From: Takakia lepidozioides
Lineage: Eukaryota; Plantae; Bryophyta
DNA: 64,000 bases
Reading direction: 5' to 3'
NCBI GenBank assembly: GCA_030704615.1
Contig: CM060732.1
Span: 17,174,001 to 17,238,000 of the forward strand
The notes under the pieces are model-generated. The model was not told where the DNA came from. It searched no databases and saw only the letters and a list, made by a program, of their open reading frames with translations. The translations under genes and the position numbers were made by a program. How positions within the stretch are numbered: the first letter of the stretch is position 1; each line of letters opens with the position of its first letter. Shown one piece after another: positions 1-13,124 of the stretch.

Positions 1-681
1 AAAGGGAAGCATGTGGGTGAAAATTCTATCCATGATATGTGAAACCAAGCTTAGAGCATTGAAGAGCTTGGAGCACATGTGGGAGATCATTGGAGGTGGT
101 CTTCATGAAGAAATGAGATTGTGGCTCAAGGCATGCATAGCAACTTCAACCATACATTAGCATGTGACAAGTCAAGGAAGGGGAAGGTGAAGCTCATGTA
201 TTCATTCCCTTCTTGCTTAAGTTTTGTGGTGGATGGTTGATCAAGCAAGTGATGTTTATGTGGAGCATGCTCTTTAGGGCTTATGACTTCAAGTTTGAGA
301 AGATGAGCTCTTGAATAGAGGTGTGGATACACATTATTGTGAATGAAGACAACACCTAGGTCAAAAGGTGGAAATGTGTGTGACTAGCCAATGCAAGGGA
401 AAGCACATGGCATACAAAATTCAAATTGAAGAGGCTTGGCATTTGTCATTGGGCACATTAGCTTGATATGAGTTCCGAGGAGATCAAGAGGAACTTGTCA
501 ATTTGATGAATGCATTGCAAGATAAGGCAATGCAATCTTGCATGCATGTTAGGGGGGAAGATACTATGAAGAAGGTGTTTCTCACCATCACATAAGCTCC
601 TTAAGGCTTGGGGTAGAAGCATGGATGAGGAGCAATAATGTGATTATGGTGTTTCTTACTATACTCTACAAACCCTAGTCT

Positions 682-873
682 CCATACATGTCAAAAACTG
701 GGTATGGCTCATTCTGCCCACCATACAGTTTTCTGAAAGAATATGGCTCATTCTGCCCATCACACAGTTTCTGACAAGAGTATGGCTCCCTACCCAACAT
801 ATATTTTTGTGAAAAGTGTATGGATACAAGGGGAGAGACTTTGCCTACCATACGTTTCAGTAAAAGTGTATGA
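682..873. repeat. ~40-bp tandem repeat, 5 units, each a CCATAC-N14-GTATGG-like inverted pair; probably within the Gypsy 5' LTR/UTR
   Basis: ccatacatgtcaaaaactgggtatgg, ccatacagttttctgaaagaatatgg, cacacagtttctgacaagagtatgg, catatatttttgtgaaaagtgtatgg, ccatacgtttcagtaaaagtgtatga; spacer ctcattctgccca repeated. Confidence 0.7.
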
Positions 874-1717
874 TATCTAGGGTATATCTGGAGGAGTATT
901 GCCTTTGGAGGATCTTTGGGGGGTCCTTGGAGGAGCTTTTGGAGGAGTTTTTGAAGAGCTTTTAGAGGGGTATTTGGTGGACTATTTGGGGTCTTGGAGG
1001 GCCAAGTTTTGGGAGGCTCTTGGGGCCTTGAGTACAGTTTGGAGTTCCATTGTGCAAGGTGCCTTAGTGAGATTGTTTGAGAGACATCTTGAGGGCTCCT
1101 GGAGAGTTATTTGAGGGACCCCTGAAAGGTAGTCTTGTCTATTGCTCCAGCAAGAGAGTGTGGAGATAGGGTAGTGGGATGAGAGCATTCTGGGGTTAGG
1201 AATTGTTTTAGTCTCTCTTCCTTGTAGTCTTTCACCCTCTTTGTAGGTCAAAACCTTTCCGTAGGTGGAGGGAAGAATCAGTCCGGGTTTGGGCTGGGGT
1301 GTCTTGCAGGAGCGATTGTGGAGTGTTTGTGGTGTGGGGAAGTTACTGTTTGATTTTCTTGTGTTTGGATCCCCTCCACACTTGCATGCTTGACTGTGCG
1401 CCATGTTAGCTTTGTGTGGGCGCTTGTTTTCATAGGAGGTTGGTCCGGATTTGATCACCAGCCAATCCTAGAACATGCTGTTGGTGGTGAGGCTGGGGTG
1501 ATGACTAGTCAGACCATCATTGCTTCTCCTGTGGTGAGGTTGGGGTGATGACCAGCCAACCATAGGAGTGTTTGCGGTGGATGCAGGTGCAGGTACATGT
1601 TTATGTTACGAACCTAGTAGTCTAAGCCATAAGCAGCAACATGTTCTCTACCCGGTTACCTTGTGGAAAGGGGGGTTAGAGACAGGTTTACAACAGGTAT
1701 GGTTGTGAGTTTTCATC

Positions 1718-3310
1718 ATGGAGGTGCCACCAGTTGTTGAGGGGAGTGCCTATACGAGCACCAGTGATACTAGTGGGTACACAAGACGAGGTGTGCGGTT
1801 TAGGCCACCTTCACCTTCAATGTCTTCTGAGGAGGGTTCAGACTCTGAGTCAGGAGGATTCTCGCCAAGGGTGCAAGCCATTTCCATGCCATTGTTGTGG
1901 AACACAATGGAGGAGATGTATGGAGCTACCAAGGGGCCACGTAGGTACTCTGGAACTGTGGGCACCATCGAGCTAGATGACTTCATACAAGAGTTTGACA
2001 GTTGGTGTGATTTGCAGCAGATGCGCAATCCACAACTATTTACGCCCTTTATGGCGTGGAAAGCGTTGTTTCAGCACTTTGAGGGGCCGCCCATGGATGA
2101 CTACCATGAGTTTAGGCGGGGACATGAGGTGGAGATTAAGGAATGGCGGGTGTATTGGTCACCTGACTATGTCTCCATAACTAGAGGCACAAGGGCAGTG
2201 ATGACACCGGCAGCTACACCGGCAATTTCTGCAAGCAGCAGTGGGACAAGTGGAATAGGAGCTGGGAAGTCCACCCAAGCTCCTATTGCAGCACCAACAC
2301 CCGTGCCTGCCTTTAACCCAGTTGTGGAGTTCTTCGAGGAGTTGAAGAGAAACTATTAGGGAGTGAGGACAGAGAAGTTGCGGAGCTTGCAAGAGTTCCA
2401 ACGGAGGTCTACTGAGAGTTTGAGGGAGGCTTACACTTGCATGAGGCGCTTGATAAACGTGACCCAAGGGTTTACAGAAGCTCAGGCAGTCCAGTTCCGG
2501 TATGGGATCCTGGACAAGGAGCTGAGGAAAAGGGTGCGGGATGCAACTCTCCTACAAGTGACCCAACCCACCTTAGCAAATGTGTTTTTACTGGCAGAGC
2601 GGATAAAGCTCAATATGGTGGAGGAGCGGGTGGTTATGGTGGGGTTTGGTAAGGAGACACAATGAAGTGGAGTTTGTAGCCAACAACAACCAACTCCCCA
2701 ACGTGCTCAAGAAAATAAGGGGGCTCAGACGAAGCCCAGGGAAGGTCGATAGAGAGGATCTTAGATGCAGAGGACTCTTCATTCATTCTCAGGCCAACAA
2801 TAGTCGGGTGTGACTTGTTGGGATTGTGGAGGACCTCATGTTAAGAAGGATTGCCCGGAGAGAAGCAAAGGGCCAACACAGGCACAGCCTACATAATTAC
2901 AGTGTGGGCATTGTGGCAAGTATGGGCATAAAGAGGCCCATTGTTATGACTTGCATCCTAAGCTACGGCCAGGCCAATTCCAAGGGAACAATGGTGGTCG
3001 AGGACGAGGCAATGTAGTCCAGAGAGGTAGAGGAGGCAGAGGTCGTGGTGGAGGTCGTAACCAAAACCAAAGAGCACAGGGTCAGGGTCAAGGTCATGAC
3101 CAAGGTATGGTAGATAGACTTGCCCAGCTAGAGCAACGTCTTGCTGCCATAGCCACTACTCATGTTGCGCCAGCTCTAAGGCTTGAGGTTCAAGCCCCAC
3201 CTGCACAACCTCCTATGCCTAGGGAAGACCAGATTGGTATGGGCTTCATGTATAGAGCCGCACTTGCAGGGCCATTGCATGTATTGGACTCTGCTGCTGC
3301 TATCACTTGA
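1718..3310 (+). pseudogene. Gypsy gag (capsid-like region plus two zinc knuckles and an RGG-rich tail), broken by stops
   Basis: ORFs 1718-2359 and 2363-2665 in one frame across a TAG (FQRRSTESLREAYTCMRRL); knuckles CWDCGGPHVKKDC (~2817) and CGHCGKYGHKEAHC (~2903); GRGRG repeats. Confidence 0.8.
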
Positions 3311-3346
3311 GCAGCAACGTGTGCTCCTGAGCCAAGAGGAGCGGAT

Positions 3347-4363
3347 GTGGATTTTGATCCACAAAGGGGGGAAGCAAGTCGTCAAACAAGGTTTCCACAG
3401 TCATTTATATTGGCTGAGACAGTGCCACCTACGCCATCAATGATACCCGCTCGCCCAAGTGTGTCAGAGGTAGAGCCACGAGTGTCATTAGGGAGAGTTG
3501 GTGTGGCTCGGGAAATGCCAGTGGGTGGTGCTACAAAGCAAGGTGAAGCTAGTGCATTGTTGGGGGCGGCTACGGCGGTTTGCCAAGCTCCATTGTTTTC
3601 TGCAATGACCATTGCGATGTTGGGGATTTGGCCAGCTGTTGTGTTCAGACTAGCAGCTAGACTGTGTGAGAGTGGTGATGCATCGGCACTATGTGCGGAG
3701 ATAGCAGATAAGATACAGTCTATGGATTCTTTGGATTCGAGGGTGAAGTCAGCCACAGCTGCGCCATGGCAAGCGGCAGCTGCACGGTTGCAGGAAATGC
3801 CAGCTAGGCCAGCCATTGAGCGCAGCATGGTGACTCCTGGAGTAGTCCTGGTGGACAATCAAGATGAAGTATTTCAGTTGGGTGGCCCAACTGGGAGGAG
3901 GTATAGGCCACTGCAGGTCTTGTTGGACTTGGGAACACAGCCATTGATGTTGGGGAGAGCAGCAATTGCAGGCTTGAGCCTTACAGAGGCGGACTTGGAG
4001 CCTTGCCCTTTCCAAATTCAAACATCTTTGGGTGGTTCAGAGAAGGCGCGAGGGATTACACGCCATGAGCTCTTCATTCAATTGCAGCCGGATCATCCTA
4101 CGGATGGCTCAGTCATGAGAGCTAAAGCCATTGTTATGGACGCGATGTCCTATGATATGCTTGTTGGTGGGGCTGTGTTGTACCCCATGGGGTTTACTCT
4201 GGACTTTTGGGAGGAAACGACATCCTACAGGTCGGAGTGGCAGTCAGGGGATGGCCGACGTGCACTGCTCCCAGTGCGGTTTATTGGGAATATAGCGGTG
4301 GATCATAGGAACATGATGCCCACATTGGCTGCATTCTCAGGTGTGGTGGCTTGGGGTTGGTGA
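3347..4363 (+). pseudogene. Gypsy aspartic protease region
   Basis: VLLDLGTQPLMLG (degenerate D-S/T-G) and downstream YDMLVGGAVL (the ILG-D-like motif of retropepsins). Confidence 0.75.
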
Positions 4364-4640
4364 GCTCTTGGAGGGCAATAGTCATGCAGATGATAGGCCA
4401 CCACCTGACGAGGACAAGCAATTGGCATACAAGGCTGAGTTGCTTCCTCATGTTCCTGTGCATAGCTCACTGTGGGGTACAGTTGGGGATTTGCAGCGAG
4501 TGGCAAGCGAGTATGTGCAATAAGCATGGCAGGAGGCCTTTCCATTGGTGGGTGAGGAGAGTTTGGTGACATCACCTGGACCTCCTCAGTTAGCTCCATT
4601 GGACACAATGCATATTATCTGGCAACAACCTGACTCAGGT

Positions 4641-5292
4641 ATTTGTTTGCTAGACCTGTTTGGAGGCATGAGCATTGGGCTTTCAGGAGTGTTGCAAGAT
4701 AGGAGGATGACATTGCCAAGGACATTCTCCGGTTATGGTTTGCATGATGCACGATCGCATTTGTTTTGGGAGATGTTGCGAGTATTGTGTGACTTGCAAG
4801 TGAGGCAAGTGCAACCTCCAGCTTACATCCTGGAGAATGTTCCTCTCATGGGGGATTATCGGGCCAGGGTTATGGCCAGTGTACATCAGATCCGATCATG
4901 GATTGGACCAGCTGTATTGTTGGATACAGCTACAGTGGGTTCACGGGCACATAGGCCTAGGTTGTGGTGGACCAATCTTGCACCACCAGAGTTGCTCAAG
5001 AGAGCCTATGATTCCATTCAATGGCCACCCAACCTCACGGTTGAGAGCATTTTGGACCAAGGGAGACAACCACAGAGAGTGCGACATGATGATCGTCCAC
5101 CATTGGCGGTGATCAATCGAGTGGGGCAACCACATGCAGCCTTGCCTACACTCATGAGTTTTCCCTCGTCTCATGCTTTTCGAGACGATGGGTTGATTTG
5201 GGACAATGTGCTACATTAATTGGTGGAGCCTAATGCGGATGAGCGAGAGCGGGCAATGGGGTTTGCCACGGGCACTACAGCTGTGCCAGCTC
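4641..5292 (+). pseudogene. Retrotransposon-borne C5-cytosine DNA methyltransferase domain, 5' part (motifs I, IV, VI, VIII, IX)
   Basis: Motif I CLLDLFGG; motif IV remnant GG*HCQGHS (from GWPCQG) at 4702-4728 in a shifted frame; motif VI YILENVP; motif VIII GSRAHRPRLWWTN; motif IX EPNADERERAMGF at 5226-5264. Confidence 0.9.
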
Positions 5293-5510
5293 CAACGACG
5301 CAATGACGTGAGCGTTGCGCGTGAGCGCGCGAGCGTACGCTCACGCAGGAGTGACGTGGCGTAAGCCTGCACACACGCTGACGTGGCGTGAGCGTCATGT
5401 CAGCATACTGATGTGGCGGTAAATGATGACGTGGCACTGTCCGTCATCTGCCACGTCAGCATTAACATGTGCCGCCTATAACCGTGGATGGTCCTATGAC
5501 CGTGGAATTA
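5293..5510. repeat. Left terminus of the MULE: CG-rich cluster of TGACGTGGC and GTGAGCG motifs, paired CCGTGGA motifs
   Basis: gtgacgtggcg, ctgacgtggcgtgagcg, atgacgtggca, ccacgtcagc; acgtgagcg..cgtgagcgc is the inverted partner of gcgctcacgcgctcacgt at 16861-16878. Confidence 0.75.
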
Positions 5511-5912
5511 ATGCAGGGAATCTTGCCTAAATAGAATCAAGACGAGCGTTGAGGCCTGCAATTGCAGCATCCAACATTGTGCAATTACAAATGCTTGTTT
5601 CACTTTTACAATTACGAGGACGAGAAAATATCCTCACAAAGTGTGCGCCATAAAGGCTGCCACGAGAAGACTTTCATCCCTCCTCAAATAACAATGAGAG
5701 TTAGGATCATCTTCAAAAGATGATTGTAGTGCATAGCGACAGCAAGACATGTAGACTTCGAACGGTGCAATGACAAATGTGCACTACCTAAAAGTTGTCA
5801 CTCAGAGCTCACTCCGTATAGTTGGAGGCCATATCATTGCACCGCCGACGAATTGATGTGAATTACACATTTCAAATCATGGTCGTCCACATACCACATT
5901 GCATAGTTGATG

Positions 5913-8900
5913 CTACCCATGTGTTGTATCCCGCTGCAAAAGAGTATCGACCTCGTTGAAACTCATAGTGGCCTGGTGAATGAAGTTGTCATGTTTGGGA
6001 TCGCAAACCATCCTCTTCAAAAATATGAAATACAAATGTTTGCAGGGTATGAATTTACCTCTCTTGCCCAAACTGGTTGATAGCATATTCACAAAATCAG
6101 GACATGTGCAATTGGGGAAGTTGGGGAAATTGGAAACTGTGATGTCGTAGGTCTTGTCATGAACAGCAGATGTGGAAGTGATAATTGTGAATACCCGACC
6201 ATATCCTGGATCGGGTACTTCCGTGGTGCTTCCAACACGAGCTTGGAGCATTCTTGCGGACTCCACTTTGCCAAAGTGTTCAGCGGTTGGAGGGAAACGC
6301 CGAACGAGCTTTCCATCTCGTTTGGTTGGCCACAAGTCAGGATTTGCCGGGGGGACCCAGGAGGACGCAGAAGTAGTAGCACATGCATGGAGTTGGGGTT
6401 GTCTCGCAAGGGAAAAACCTGCCTCCTCCAGCATTTCAATCTCCTGAAAGCTGAGATGTGTTCCCACCTTCACGGGCCAAACGGTTGGAGGAGATGGCTT
6501 CATCACTACGGAAGGACGCACAGTTCCATGCACACATGTGACACAATCATCTGCGCAGAACCAGAACTTGTGGTTCTTGGCTTCTGGTTGACCGTATGGA
6601 CGCATCAAGCCCGTGAAAGTCGAAGCAGGAGTTCGGGCACCACCTCTGGATATAGATGAAGTGCACTTCTCGAAATTAGTTGCCCTGATTGCTGTACATT
6701 TCACACGAGACCCTACACTTGTGCGCTCTATGTGCCAAACGTGGTCGGGGCATGCGGACTCAAGCACATCAAGGGGGTTGTTTCTCTCCTGCACCATTTC
6801 AGTGGCACTGTTTGATGCTGGAGCTTGCCGTCGTGTTGGAGGTTCCTCCACAATGGAGGTTCCGGACATGGAGCTGTCATGCAGGGGAACACGAGGCTTC
6901 GAGAAGTTATCACGGTCTACCCTGTAGGAATCTGAATCCGAACCAGGTGGAGTGTTCAATTTCCTCTTACAGGAGCCGAATCTCTCCTCCCCTTCAAGAT
7001 GTGGAACTCTAGAAACAAGTGGCGTTCCCTGGGCATATATGCTCACCGCCCGTGCTATCTTGATTGGATCCCCAGATCTCCCTTGCCACCAACCCCACCT
7101 CGTAAGAAATCACGGTATCGGGTTTGTTGTTGCAAGGCACGTATCAAATCATCTGCTGTTGCCACATACAAATCCCGACCTCGTTTCCCAGACTGCTGCA
7201 ACCACGCGTTGTGCACAGTTTCTGCCAAATTGCAAGATGGCATGTCCGCCATTTCCTCAATGGACATGTTCTGCAAAGTGCAGAACCACACTTCAAAACA
7301 GTGAACAGAAAACAACATAAAGAAAGCGAGGACACAATAAAATGGAAAGCAAATGTATGAAAAAACAATAAATATAAGCCTCGTACCAATGGCATGGCTG
7401 CTCCCCACTGTCTATACCGGAAGTGCCAAAACGCCAGCCAATCTTCCAATGCTCTCATACTCTCAAGTGATGCAGCTCCAGAAGAGAACCACCAGGCACG
7501 AATTGTCTGGAACAAAGCGTCCGCCTCCTTCATTGTTCTAGCATCTTTATACTCTTTGCACAATTTACGGTGCTGAGTCTGCATCTCTGGTTTGATGTCC
7601 GACTTTGTATGTTTTTCCAGAGATTGTGTCCAATGGAATAGACATGTACGCTCTCTTCCTCGCATAGGCACTTTTGGGTCGCCCGATCCGAAGACAATAC
7701 GAACAGCGTTGAAATTTGCTTGAGCACTATCCGCCATGAAACCTGCAAAATTTGGAGATGGCAGCCCATGACACGTATCAGGGAATTCCACATGAGCTTC
7801 TGGGATTCCGTATCCTCAGATTGCATGTCACAAACTGCAATTGTCATAACTCGTTGGTACACTGGATCGTAGACATGACAAGCCATTGTCGTCCAATCCT
7901 TCACTCGTTTCACATGATCAAACATAAGAAAACAGTTCTGCAAGTCCCCAGTCTTCTACATCCGCTTCACGAGGCTAACCCCACTGCCCTCCCCAACAGT
8001 CGACATTTTGAAAAGAAAAACTTTGATGGCACCTTGACCCGGGAATACATTGTCCTGGATGTAATCGTATTTGCTCACTCGTTTCAATTCCAAAATATTG
8101 TCTATGTAGCCTCTGATCCCAGAGCCCATTCTCAATGCATTGATCTGATGCCGAATGTTCGGTGAACTTAAAGTGGAGAAATGATCCATGACCAGGTCCA
8201 ATGCTGCACCGTCAAGTTTAGTCCCCACAGAATCCCCTTCACTCAAAATATGGCTTTCCAAGAAGGACTTGCTTGCGCCAAGAGCAATTGCAGATGTTGT
8301 TGCGGATGGGTTTCTCCCGAACTCCTGTTTAATCAACCTCGATACTGTCTCAACACTCTCCCTGTAATCCCCCTTCGAGACAGGATGGTTATGGAATCCG
8401 AAATGCACACAAGCTCTTGTCATTGTTTTCAAACGGTGGACAACATAGTACATTCTTGCTCCGCAGAGCGCCAAGCAGGATGGCACAAGTTTGCAGAATT
8501 TGCAGACGAAAGTGTTTGCCGGTGGAGGGGCAGTCCCGGGTGAAATGGATTTTCCGCCAAACCCTCCCATTCGCTTTGATTATGAACCCCAGACTGAAAA
8601 AAGTGTCTGCAATTCAAATTATCACACCTAAGGTGTCCATTGCAAACTGTCCTCCTGAAAACAAGCTTGTCATCATTCTGAATATTGGATGTTTTTGTTC
8701 TGCACCACGGGTGCCCGTCGTGTTTCTTGTCCATTCCATGCATCATGATTGTTACACCTCCAACTCGCGGAGGAGGAGGCAGCTTGAATAGGATATCGCC
8801 ATCAAAAGTCTCCGGCAAGAACTTCACAGGCACCTGCTTCAAAGATTCCCAATCAATTCCCCGCAACTCACTTTTGAATCCAGCCATTCCTCCCATCGCC

Positions 8901-9387
8901 CGCAATTTTGGAATGACACTACAAATCTCTTCTTCATCAGCTTCTCCAACCACAGTAGGAAGGACTGGATTTGGAATTTCACTTATGTCATCATCGGAAG
9001 AATCCGAAAGCTCAACGATTGGAGTGGATGACGTCTGTTCTTTTTTCACCACCACCTCCCTCTTGTCTTCAACGACCAAAGCAGCAGTCCCGGGTGTCAC
9101 ATATGACCCAAGGGACTTTCGCCGAGGCTCTCCAAGTACTCTGTATCGACCAGGACGCACTCTCCAGTGGCTGATATGAGCCGTCTCATCACGGTTTTGG
9201 AAAGAGTATTTCAACAACTTCCCTTTAAGATCGTACACCTCTTTCTCCAAAAAGATGGAGCCATTCTGCAGCTGAAAACGGGTAGCCAAGACATGTTCCA
9301 GAACAATTGCAAATCCATTGTCAAGGACTTCCTGGAGAACGGCACTGGTTTGTTGTCAGAGAAGAACTCCGCTTCAGAAGAAGCCAT
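5913..9387 (-). pseudogene. MULE transposase (GCM/WRKY-type Zn finger, DDE core, C-terminal SWIM), with frameshifts, a stop and one intron (~7283-7385)
   Basis: CNGHLRCDNLNC...CKFC...C...C...HFGFHNHP (GCM-like); MFDHVKR (D1), FMADSAQANFNAVRIVFG (D2), CLFHW (CxxH), CNLAETVHN (E); SWIM CTCPDF..CKHLYF; ATG of MASSEAEFF at 9387. Confidence 0.88.
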
Positions 9388-10709
9388 CTTCCTTCCTCGC
9401 GTACGTTTGTACCTTGCTATCGCAGATCTAGTGTAAATCGCAGATCTAGTGTAAATCGGTTTACTGATGTCTCCAGAACACAGTTGAAGAATGAACAGAG
9501 AATATGGCGGAGGAAGCTCAGACAATGACTGTGCATATTATGTTATTCTTTCCAGATATGCAGCCGTCCATTTTAATTAATTTTTTTGTGGGCCCAGTGG
9601 TCAGAGTATCCCTAGGAGCAGTGTCGGCAGCTGTTAAACCGTTAACCAGAACCTCATCAATAAACCCAATAACAAAGCCGACTTCCTGGAAGCATGCCAC
9701 AGGATCTGAGGATGGGATTGCAGATTAAGTAAATGTATCTTTATACTACTACCAATGATCATGCGTACCTGGAAAGTTCCAAATGTGAAACGAATGTGGG
9801 GTTTGGCTAACAATGATGACCGTGTATGATATTCCAAGATTTGTCATCAAACTCTCGTTCATTTACATTTATTTGTGTAAGACTGTGCGCCAAGATTTCT
9901 GGGATTCGCTGTTATTTTTAAATATTGAAACCGTTCTAATAAAGAACACGCCGTTTATTTTGGGCGACACACGTCAGACATCCATAACTGAATACGAACA
10001 GCTGTACACCAATTGCTGGCATGTGCACTAATAAGGGAACGACTATGTGTAACGGTCACACGAGAGGGAATCCGATGCTTCTAGAGACACGCAAGAACGC
10101 AGACAATCCCGCAAGAAATCGGGAGTCACTGCGTTTTTCTACTTTTCGCGCTTAGAGAGAGAGTGGTAGTCAAGCTGGAGAGGGTTCCTTCTACAATACG
10201 AAAGAGAAGAAAGTCTCTTTATTTTACTTCCCTTAGAGAGAGACGCAGAGCAAGAGAGCAAATGACGAGGCGTCGTTTGTTGGAGAACACAGGGCCAAGG
10301 CAGCAGGTGAACGCGGAGACTGATTCAGAAGAGCAGACGGAGACTGAGGCAGCGGCTGTGACACAGTTGGTGATAAGAGTGCGCCAGCCTGTGGATGCAG
10401 AGATGATTCGCAGGGACACTGAAGGAGGTGGAAGCACGCGGAACGCCGAACCGGTAGAAGGTCCAGAAACCCTAGAGCAGACAGAAATTCCAGCAGACGT
10501 GAGAGGGAAGAGGAAAGCTGCAGAAGGGGATCCAATTTCAAAACCTAAGAAGGCGCCACTAAGTTTTATCTAACTTACATTTCATTGTTGAAGATATGCG
10601 TAGAGATTGAGTGGAATGTCCCAGACAGGGATTGTCGCTACCGACCATCACAAAGGTGATTTGGTTTCTACTCCTCTGCTAAGGGTTTACCGCACAATGA
10701 GTGGGTGAC

Positions 10710-10958
10710 TATCGGTACAGTCATTCACTGTTGTTCAGATCATACAATCTGTCTGATTGCCTTTCAAGGAGTCCTTCCTCTTCCCTTCTTTAGCAGGAAC
10801 TACTGAATTGCGAGCGTCGTTAACGCCATTCGATTCTCCTCATGAGATTTATGTACCTATGTGTTTGAAGAGAGAGTGAGGGTCGGCATACCGTCAATCA
10901 TCGTTGTTCAGATCATACAGTCTGTCTGATTGCCTTTCAAGTAGTCCTTCCTCTTTCC
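10710..10958 (+). repeat. ~170-bp-period direct duplication in the first intron region of the cargo gene
   Basis: ttgttcagatcatacaRtctgtctgattgcctttcaagKagtccttcctctt at ~10731 and ~10903. Confidence 0.8.
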
Positions 10959-13124
10959 ATGCTGGCAACGGTAATCACAGTGGAGTCAATCTGAATAATC
11001 TGCACTTACTGTCCGCCCTAAACTATATTGAATGTCGTTGCCGCCAATCACTTACACATAGATGTCATTACACAACACCGATCTGGCAGGTCGTTATCTT
11101 TTGTGATTGTCGTTAACGCCGTTCGCTATCGCTCTCGCTTTTGTTTTGAATACGGCAGTATCAGCTTTGCTTGTGTAGATTGTGTTGAATTGTTTCACAC
11201 CATTCATAGTGAGTTTCTTTGAGACAGAGTGATGGTCGTTACCTCCATTCACTATTTGCAAATTACTCAGTCAGAACTGAATGGCATTGTGCAGAAAACT
11301 GTGAGGTCGAAGCCTACAGGATCAGAGGGGAAAGGATCTGGAGATGGGGACGAGTCCGGAAAAAGCTTAGAGAATACAGATGAAGCAGATGAATCTGAAG
11401 TGCACTACCTTGACAAGGTGAAAGAACTCATGTCATTCCAGAAGGTAAACTCTCAGGAGGTTATAAAGGACATGCTCGTATATGGAGGGCGTCTGGACAT
11501 CCCTCTGTGCCGGATGATATCAATGCCTGTTGTGTGTCCACCTCTTTCCCATGACATAACAAAATTGGAGAGTGATTTTGTGCATGGATATAGACTTGGT
11601 GCACAAGTTTTTTATGTGTCACTGACGGATATAAATGGGAAAAGCACATTAGTGTCTCCAGAGATCAGTGATAACTGGGATGAGTGCTGGAAAGATGCCA
11701 ATGAGGAGTTCGAGCTGGGCCTCATGATGGGAAAGAACACCCAGCAATTCTGCAACCACATGTTCTACATCTGGGACGACAACCACCGATTGCTGGCATG
11801 GATGGGATACATTCAGAAACACCATGCGAAAGACAAAGACAAGCATGTTGCTTTGGAGGCAATGGTTTTGGATCCTGGAAACGACATCGCTAGGCTTCTT
11901 ACAGCTATGCACGACGTGAACAAGTAAGTCATCCAGGAGATTTCATTCCCTCTGTAGTGTCTTATTAATACCCAAAAAACAGTGTTAAGGAATGTAATGT
12001 TTCCAATGTTTTTGCAGATCGACAGAGAAATCGCATGTGACAACAAGCTTGGTTCACACACTATTCCGAATTCAGAGGATTGGTCTGATGAAGCTGGATG
12101 ATTTTCGGACAGTACTACCACCCAATATCATCAAGAAGTGCGAAACAGGAAGAGTTGCAGGCACTTGGTATTCTTTGACACGAGAGGCGTTTCTGGAGTA
12201 CATGTATGCGGTAAGCCCGAGTCTGTACTCAGTTTACTTTTTGAATACATGTTTGTAGTCCCTTCGGTGCTAATCACTACTTGAATCAATGCAGCAAGAA
12301 CTGGCAGAGGCAGCTGAGAAGGGAAAATCCGAATATTACCGCACCACACCAGAGGAACTAAGGACATCAAAGGGTGTGGAAGCTACAATAAAGAAGGAGT
12401 TTGAAATGCGAAGAACCAAATTGATGTCCGCCTTCGGAAAGCAGCTTAGAATAGTAGATCCTGGACCTGGTTCTGAGTTCCTTCAGCAGATCAAAACACA
12501 TTATGACAAGCATGTGCATCCGGAGATGCAGCAGGAGAAATTGCACCGGCTGGCCATATCGATGGTCGACCCACAAACAAAAATAAGGTGGCTGGAGATA
12601 TGGAACTCAGATCAAACAGTAAAGGACTTGAATCAGTTCCCAAAGAGCACCATACAGCCTGGCACAAAGGTGGAAGGAATCAGTGATTTGGTGTTTGATA
12701 ACTGGCTCCACAAGGCTACATTTTGGAGTCAGGTGTGTATTCAAACATGTCGTTTTCTTCTCTTCAAGTATGTGATGAGTATCTTATTTGCAATTCCGAC
12801 AAATATACAATTTGCAGCTCGAAAAGCGCGCCGTCATTGTGCTGGATCAAACTTTGAAGGATCTGAACATTTCGATTGTTTCGCCTCCCCAAATGTCATT
12901 GGAGGCATACATAAGGAAGTGGAGAGGTCTCACCTGGAGATACTGTTTTTTCCGGGAGTTCTCCAAAGATGGTAACATTTTACGGTCCAACGACTTTGAC
13001 AGTCAGGTTGGAGGAGACTGGGCCATGATGCGAGTTGTTTACATGTGCAATGTCATACTTGAAACTCTACTGCTTTTTTGGGGAAAAAATGTGGCTTCAT
13101 AAGGATCGCAATCATAGATCCAGA

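Noticed and set aside
1-1695. Definite 5' LTR with primer binding site
   Set aside because: Plausible by position, but there is no partner LTR in the window and no canonical TGG-initiated tRNA PBS after 1695.
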